From Reclinomonas americana ATCC 50394 (lineage: Eukaryota), in NCBI GenBank assembly GCA_048213135.1, contig PS015218.1:13269-53823 (forward strand): 40,555 bases of DNA, written 5' to 3'. The notes beneath the pieces were generated by a model. It worked only from the letters and a program-made list of their open reading frames with translations, was not told where the DNA came from and did not search any database. The translations under genes and the position numbers were made by a program. Positions 33,340-40,555 of the stretch are shown here, in pieces. Positions within the stretch are counted from its first letter, which is position 1. Each line of letters opens with the position of its first letter.

Positions 33340-36300
33340 TCAACTACGGTACAGGGATCCTACAAATGGTTGCTGTGGTACAATGGTCGGAGCCTGCACA
33401 TCAGATGTGAGTGACGGGAGAAGGAAGAGAAACAGCAAAGTGGGACGCACTAGTGGTGGGGGAGCGGCGGTGGGTTGTACAGGTGCGCCGACTGCCATGA
33501 GGCCTCGCTGCGGCAGGCGCGGGGTGGAGGTATTGGTGGATGATGGTGGTCTCCTCAATGCAGCAGCGCGGTTGCTCGCTTCCGCACTCTTCGTGCGGAC
33601 GTGCTGCACCGAGGCAGCGGCAGCGGCAGCACTTGGACCGGGCGGTGGGCCGGATGCTGCAAGCACTGGCAAGTCAGCCCACACCGCCAGCAACCACAGC
33701 AACACAACACACTCTCCACAAACCTAGAGCAGGGGAGCGATTGTACAATTTGGGTTGGCTTCTGCAGAACACAACGAAAACATCGACAAAGGGTGAGTTC
33801 GTCGACACTGCGAGTTGGCACGACGAGGAGGGGTTACTCACCCAGTGCCCTTGACCAGTGGTGGTTGTGCACCACCGGGTTGCGCGCGGACACCCACTGA
33901 CATTTGCGTGCCAGTGATGCCGTTGCCGATACCCAGACCGGGCGCCAGCAGATTCGAAGCGCCAGCCATGTCGGCTGCGACACTGTTGACACCGTTGGTC
34001 ACCTGCAGCTGCAAGGCCGAGTCGCCAATGCTGCCGGTGCTGGCGGAACGCGCGAGTGCAGTAGAGCTGTCCACACCCAGACCATTGCTGGTGCCCACCG
34101 ACGTCTTGTTGAGACCCGAGCCGTACGAGTTCTGTGCCACCAACTGAACGTGCATGGGCATGCCACTGGACGACTCGAGCGGCAAATGCTGCTGCTGTTG
34201 CTGCTGTTGTTGCATCTGCTGTTGTTGCTGCTGCTGTTGCATCATGATCTGCTGCTGCAATATTTGCTGCTGCTGCTGCTGCTGCATCTGCAACATCGCT
34301 AATTGCTGCTGCTGTTGTTGCTGCTGCTGTTGAATCAACTGCTGTTGCTGTTGCTGCAGAATGGACTGCGCCGTTGGCCCCTGCTGCATGCCATTGGGTT
34401 GTTGCGCGGCCAGGTACACCACCTGCTGCGCCACCATTTGCTGCTGCTGCTGAATGTACGCGTACTGCTGCGGGTCGGTAGGTTGTCCAGAGATGGTGCT
34501 CACGCCCACGTACTGGCCAGCACCGGCACGATCCGTGTACACGTTCGGGTGCATGTGCGTGTGTTCTTGCGAGAAGAACATGTCCACACGCATGCGCTCC
34601 TCCGGTGTCACCTCCTTGCCGTCAATGACTCGCACATTGGCCAGCCTGCACATGCAGTGAGCACAGAGATCGCACAACGAGCCCGCCAACAACAACAACA
34701 ATAGCGACTGGACCTTCTGATGAGGTGCGGTCGGTACATCGGTTTCCGACTGACAGGGTTGAAGGCCATGACAATCTCCAACACTTGCGTCAGCGGCATG
34801 AGTTTCTGTAGGCATGCACAGTGTGAGTCACCAGGTTCACGCTGTCGATGAGCACACATGCACGACACACCTCCAGTTCGCTGAGTTCCGAGATGCGATT
34901 GAATGCCAAGAACAGACTCCGCACGCTAATTAGGGGATTGAGGTGGTCGAGCGTGCGCAAGCTGTTCTCTCTGTTGTGCACGGGCAGGTGAGACACCGTG
35001 TAAGAAAGAGAGAGAGCGCGTTCATCAAGACACGCGGCAACACGCAACTCCAAGTGCAGCTCCTCCAGATTGACCAGCGATCGCAGCGAGGTCTCGTCGA
35101 GCTGCCGAATCTTGTTCTTATCAAGGGCGAGCTCGCGGAGGCCGACGAGGCCGTCCAACCCGTCGACCTTCACCAGGGCATTGCCCTGTAGTGAGAGCGA
35201 GCGCAGATTGCGGCAGTTCTGTAACCGGAAGGGCGACAACCCGCTGATCTGGTTGAAGCCGAGTTGCAGCACTTGCAGGTTCACGAGGCGCTCCAGTGAA
35301 AACTGGTCCTCCACCATTTGCGCGGTCAGCGACGGCGGCAACGCGATCTTGTTGTGGTTGGCGGAGAACAGGCACAGCGATGTGATGCGATTCACACCCC
35401 GCAGGTCCACCATCACGTTGTGGTCGAGGTTCAGCTCTCGCAAGTTGACAAACGACGACAGCAGCGAGGCATCGCGAACACCACAATGTGACAGATTGAG
35501 CTCGGTGATGCCTGTTCATACACACACACACATATCAGCAAAGTACTTCCCCTTCCCCAGACAGTGCAGTGCCCGCAACGTTCTGCCTCAAACCCAGGCC
35601 CCAGTCGCTCCGACAGCATCTCCGCGGTGATCTTCCCACTGAACTCCTCCTTGGCACGCGCCGTCTCTCGCGAGTCAATGCTGACGCCGTCGAGTACCTT
35701 TAGCCGCTTGAGGTGCCAGATGGCGAACAGACGGTACTCGGGATCCTGGGTCAGCGGATTGCCCCACAACTCCAGGATGATTAGCCGCGGCACCTCCTTC
35801 AGCAGCGCCAACTCGCGCACACTCTCGATGCGGTTGTTGCCCGCGTACAGCTCCATCAGCGAGACACAGTGTTGCACACCGTCGAGAGACCGCAGCTCAT
35901 TGTCCTCCATCGACAGCACCAGCAGCGACGTCAACGACTCGAGGTTCTCGATTTTGTGAATCTGTAGCAAGAGACAGGTAAGACACCTACTACTGTGTTC
36001 GGAGGCGGTAAGCAACACACCTTGTTCTTGCCCAGATCAAGACGGCGAAGCGAGGTGAGGCTCTGCAGCCCCTCAATGCGACAGATACGGTTGTCCTCCA
36101 GTGACAGCTCCTCCAGACGCGTGCACGAATCGAGACCCTCGATGCGACCAATCTCATTGTCAAACAAACTCAGCTTGCGCAGCGCAGTCAAACTGCACAC
36201 ACAGACAGAGAGAGAAGGCGATGAGGACTCACAAGAAGCAGATGAGTAAAAAACGAAGAAGGAGAGACGACACACCGCTCCAAATTCTGAATCTTGCGAA

Positions 36301-39300
36301 TGCGCATCCTCGACAACTCCAACTCCACCACACGCGAGAACCACGTCGAATCACGAATGCCTTCGGCAGGTGGCGGCTCCGTGTTGAAACCACGCAGCAT
36401 CGACAGCGGTGAGTTGAGCAAGTACGCGTGTGCCAGTGAGTCGCTCTCTCGCAGTGTGTGCCGTCCGTAGCGTGCCAGCAACTCGGGAGTGATGAGCGAC
36501 GTCTTTTCACCAGCAGACACCTGTGCACAGCAAAGCACACACTGCGCGTCAGCTCGTGCATCGTACTTGACGACCATGCACACAGACGTGCGCAACACCA
36601 ACCCGTTCATGCCGAGTGACCGGCTCGCCGTCGAGGTTGACCAGCACAGCGAGCCGGCGAACGAGCAGCTGTCGGTAGTTCTTGACGTCGCAAATTCCAT
36701 TGTTGCGCAGATTGAGGTGGACGAGATTCGGAGTGTGTCGCTTCAGCATATTGATGTCCTCCAACCGGTGAATGTGGTTGTTGTTGAGCAACAGCGTGTG
36801 CAGCTTGTTGAGGCCCTCCAGGCCGTCAATGCGTCGAATGGCGTTAAACGACAAATCCAAAAATCGTAATTGTACGCACGCCTGCCCCCCAAACCGCCAC
36901 GCGTGTCAGCATGTGCGCCAAGATGGCAAGTGCTTGGAGAAGACTACACACACACACAAACCTGCACGCCGTCCATGCTGCTCAGCATGTTGAAAGCCAG
37001 CGTGAGATGCCACAAATTGGCACCCACATTCTCGATGCGGGTGAGCGCCGACTCGAGCAAATACAGCGTAAAGGAATTCGACGAGTCGCTGTCATCCGCC
37101 GGTGCGTCGTCTCCATCGTCGTCGGCATCCCAGTGAGTTCCCAACATCTGCGCAGCAGGCTGTCAGCACCCCTGCTTCTCTCTGTTTTCCGCATGTCACG
37201 AGCGCGCACCTCCACCACACTGGGAGTGATGACACCGACTTCGGGCACGTTGGGAATGACTGGCGCCATCTCCACCAGTGCACGCACATCGGCATCATGT
37301 GGAGGCCGCACAGCACGCGGTCGCGCCGGCGATGTCAAGCCCCCATCAGCATCGCTGTCGGGCGACACGTCCACCTCGTCTCGTGCACTCGCATACTGCG
37401 CCTGTCGGTCCTCCTCAATCATGGACAGCGCCAGCTGGCGGAACTTGGCATACGCTGGTGCCAATGCTCGAATGTCCATGACGTCGCCCTCGCTCTGCGG
37501 CTCCAGGACACGCATCAACTCCTCAGTCGATGCGTCTTCCCAGGGCCCCTCGCGCTGTGTGGTGCGTGAGTATCGTGGATTCCCATCGAGAGAGAGAGAG
37601 GGACAAGGGGAGAGAGGGACGCACCGGCTCGCCATATTCGAACTCGATGAGGTATTCAGGCAGGCACAGCGCGTGATCAAACACGTGCCATGTGCGCTGC
37701 TTGCTGTCCTGCTTGTGACACCGGAACACGCTGGTGTAGTCGGGGAACTCGTCCTGCGAGATGCCAGAGGCCTCCGGAATGGGCTCGGGGTGCACCTTGC
37801 CGAGAAACACCTTGACAATGATCATGAAGCCGGAGGGGAACTCACGGCCGTCGATCGGCTGGCTCTTTGGCACACCCTCTGGGTGACGAAAAGAAGTGAG
37901 CAGCGCGATGCGGACGACAGGAGACATGGAGCTGGAGAGAACGAACCGCGCGTGGAGGCCCAGTGCTCCGCAAGAGCACGGAGACGAGGCATGTCACACA
38001 CGGAGACGCTGTTGGTCAGCGGAATGCCAGAGGTGCCTGTCGAATCCTATTTTTTTTTAATATTTTTGCATTATGTCAGCACAACATCAAGTGTGCGTGC
38101 GGGAAACGCAAGACGACGCAACTTGAGAGGACGAGAGATCCGGGAAGCCGGATTCAATGATGCGGAACAACTCGGAGGGGTCGTTGGGAGACTGCCCGTA
38201 AAACAAGTACTCCAGCGACCGCTTGTAACTCACGTCACTCACGTCGACCAGGCGTTCCAGTGATTGCTCAAAGCGATTGCGAAGGAAGCGGTTGTGGATG
38301 CGGATCACACGAGTCACACGCACAGACTCGGTGCGCACCGCCGGCAAATCAGGTGACGGGTACGTCAGCGACGATGCTGCCTCCAGCTGGGCCACACTGG
38401 TCAATGCTGCAACACGTGAAATGATGGTGGGAGTGAGTGAGTGAGTGAGCGTCATGTGTGCAAGTGCACGTAGACAAGGAGATGGAAACCGACCTGTGCT
38501 GGAGGACGGACTGGACGATGCTCCGGTGAAATAGCGATTGCGCACCAGATCGACGCAGGACGTGTACCACACATCACTCGGCTTGCCCTCTTCCATGCGA
38601 ATGTTGCCGCCAGTCTCCAACTCCACCACCAGGCGACTGTTCACGGGGGCAGCGATGATGAGGACGTGGATTGCGTGCTGGGTACGCCAACCATGCGACG
38701 CAAACCTAATATTCATCGACGAAATGTGCTCTGCGTGCTGTCGGAATGCCGTAAAATGCCGTTGTAGTGCCGAAAGCTGCGAGTAGCGGCGGGCGGTGGA
38801 ATCAATCACCAGCTTGCGCTTGCGTGTAATGGCATCCAAGTGCTCCTTCACGCTGTTGAAACCGGCGTACGTGGTGAGATAGTGGCCCTGGAAGTCTTGG
38901 TACTGCGGAGCGGACGATGAGAGGCGTGTGTGAGAGAGAGAAATGGCAGGGTAGAAGGGGAGGGTCGAGCCACACCATCGGTCCGCGTCCATCACGCAGT
39001 TGGGTCATTTCGCGATCCACCTGCTTGCTCAGTCGGAGAAGCGTGGAGAGATTGGAGTCCAGATGCGACAGCACACGCGACCGCAATGCGCGTCCGCGAC
39101 GAATGACATTCGACGTGTTCCGCTTGAGGGTCTTGATGCGCATATTGTAGTACATGCGCTTCTTGATCACAGTGGCGTCGGCAAGTCGACGCGCCTCGTC
39201 GGAGACTGCGAGCGTGTCCAGCGTCTGAATGCGAGGCAGCGCATACAAGGCGTAGGTCTGGTAGTTGCAGAGAAGGCACAGCGGATTGGCGCCAAAGTGC

Positions 39301-40548
39301 GGATCGGTGAGACTGACGCGAATCAGGCGCGGCATGCGACGCAGCACCGACAAGCAGCGAAAGGAGCCAATCAGGTTGCCGGCCAGATTGAGTTCCTGCA
39401 CACAGTACTCGTCAGCTTCGACGATTGCACTCTCTCTTTCCGCATGCATTGTGTGTGGGGCGCGCAACAGTGAGATTGGTATTGTGCAGCAGCGCCTCGT
39501 CAATGCGCTCGATCTTGTTCATGCCCAGCATCAACACCTGCAACTCCTGCAGCTGCTCGATACCCTCAATGTTCCTCAATCGGTTCTCCGACAACCACAA
39601 CGTGTGTAGATGCGTCAAGTGGTCGAGACCCGTGACGCGCTCAATTTGGTTGTCGTGACTGTGTCGGGCGCGCGTGAGAGACGTGTGGATTGCAAAAAAT
39701 CACCGCAAGTTNNNNNNNNNNNNNNNNNNNNNNNNNNNNNNNNNNNNNNNNNNNNNNNNNNNNNNNNNNNNNNNNNNNNNNNNNNNNNNNNNNNNNNNNN
39801 NNNNNNNNNNNNNNNNNNNNNNNNNNNNNNNNNNNNNNNNNNNNNNNNNNNNNNNNNNNNNNNNNNNNNNNNNNNNNNNNNNNNNNNNNNNNNNNNNNNN
39901 NNNNNNNNNNNNNNNNNNNNNNNNNNNNNNNNNNNNNNNNNNNNNNNNNNNNNNNNNNNNNNNNNNNNNNNNNNNNNNNNNNNNNNNNNNNNNNNNNNNN
40001 NNNNNNNNNNNNNNNNNNNNNNNNNNNNNNNNGGAGAGGCACGCAACAGGTACAACTCGCGCAGACGAGTGCACGACTCGAGTCCCGAGATCCGCGTAAT
40101 GCAATTCTCCATGAGCCACAGTCGCTCGAGGTGCACCAGCGTCTCCAGCCCAGTGATCTCGGCGATCTTCAGTCGCACCAACATCAGCGACTTGAGATTG
40201 GGAAAGTGATGCAGTGCGTTGACGGCGGCGTATTTCGAAAAGAACATCTCCAGCGTCTCCACATTCTGCCGCCGCTGCAGAAAGTCCTCGTAGGAGATAC
40301 CGTTCTCCGAGCACTGCAAACCGGCGGGCGTCAACAACACCAGCAGCGGGAGGAAGGCAAGGGAAGGGAAGGATCGAGCTCACCAGATACTGCACTTCGG
40401 GATCTTCAAAGAGCACCTTGCTGGTCTGCTCATCAAACGGCTGCCGCGTGGCCCGCACCTCCTCCTCCTCCTCGCCTCCATCATCGTAGCCGTAGCCGCC
40501 CATGGCACCGCGCACGGGCACCAACGCCGAGCGCGACGACGACGGCAT
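33340..40548 (-). CDS. LRRC9: Leucine-rich repeat-containing protein 9 (LRRC9) homolog with polyQ/Pro-rich C-terminal extension (~22 exons; start at 40548 or 40503, or beyond the window)
   Basis: SDS22-type LRRs at both ends. LRRC9-typical motifs NPLCLLCNYQTYALY, KKRMYYNMRIKTL, ELETGGNIRMEEG, RIHNRFLRNRFE, LEYLFYG and WHVFDHALCLPEYLIEFEY. Confidence 0.85.
34186..34452 (-). repeat. Coding (CAG/CAA)n polyglutamine tracts in the LRRC9 tail
   Basis: (ctg/ttg)n on the + strand translates to multiple Q5-Q10 runs in frame with the final LRR-cap exon. Confidence 0.9.
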
Positions 40549-40555
40549 CGACCCG

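Larger units (their letters stand above)
4520..40032. other. Assembly gaps (N runs): 4520-5116, 6978-7205, 22483-22833, 24065-24118, 26082-26230, 39712-40032
   Basis: Direct observation. The gaps at 6978 and 39712 fall inside introns whose flanking exons join in phase. Confidence 0.98.
36..40047. other. Class of ~32 introns with +1-shifted 5' splice site GTT(G/A/T)CG(T)
   Basis: Donor G positions on +: 36, 2697, 3142, 4055, 5144, 7368, 7451, 8663, 9311, 10279, 10721, 11035, 11917, 13172, 17893, 18664 (ambiguous), 20423. On -: 23821, 26788, 27531, 28921, 29757, 30032, 30536, 30868, 31864, 32718, 35048, 35579, 38122, 39468, 40047. Most are fixed by reading-frame or conserved-motif continuity. 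Confidence 0.85.

Noticed and set aside
36-40047. Non-canonical TT donors (cleavage at G|TTGCG)
   Set aside because: With the AG acceptors, only cleavage before the G keeps the frame and conserved motifs (e.g. 30536, 35048, 39468, 40047), so these are GT-AG introns.
36-40047. GTTGCG introns as an introner/transposon-derived family
   Set aside because: I saw no shared internal sequence beyond ~7 nt and no consistent terminal inverted repeats or target-site duplications. Lengths vary, and paralogous positions carry either class. An ancient origin cannot be excluded.
1-40555. Alternative genetic code or stop-codon readthrough explaining fragmented ORFs
   Set aside because: The in-frame stops I examined fall within plausible introns. 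Spliced exons read openly in the standard code.

Overview
This is a scaffold segment from an intron-rich, gene-dense eukaryote, probably a flagellated protist (the taxon cannot be determined from this window), with six N-gaps. Reading it by hand gives seven spliced genes with about 110 mostly short (55-90 nt) introns. On the + strand: a giant single-pass membrane protein with at least 26 cadherin-like repeats, about 6 IPT/TIG-like domains, a TM helix and a Pro-rich tail (5'-truncated, ending ~18041), then a secreted IPT-like protein (18312 onward, 3' end not found). On the - strand: an H-type-lectin-like fragment, a FAR-17a/AIG1(ADTRP)-family membrane hydrolase, an atypical Rab-like GTPase fused to three copies of a small unassigned domain, a LOA1/VPS66-like lysophospholipid acyltransferase, and LRRC9 with a polyQ tail. 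The most striking signal is in the splicing code. About 30 of the ~110 introns, in all seven genes and on both strands, start with GTTGCG(T) (variants GTTACG, GTTTCG). This is the genome's common donor GTGCGT with one extra T, which moves the conserved G from +5 to +6. These donors almost always follow a non-G last exon base, whereas other donors almost always follow G. That points to large-scale use of a +1-shifted or bulged 5' splice-site register, or a variant snRNA. All gene models and counts were made by hand from reading-frame continuity and need RNA-seq confirmation.
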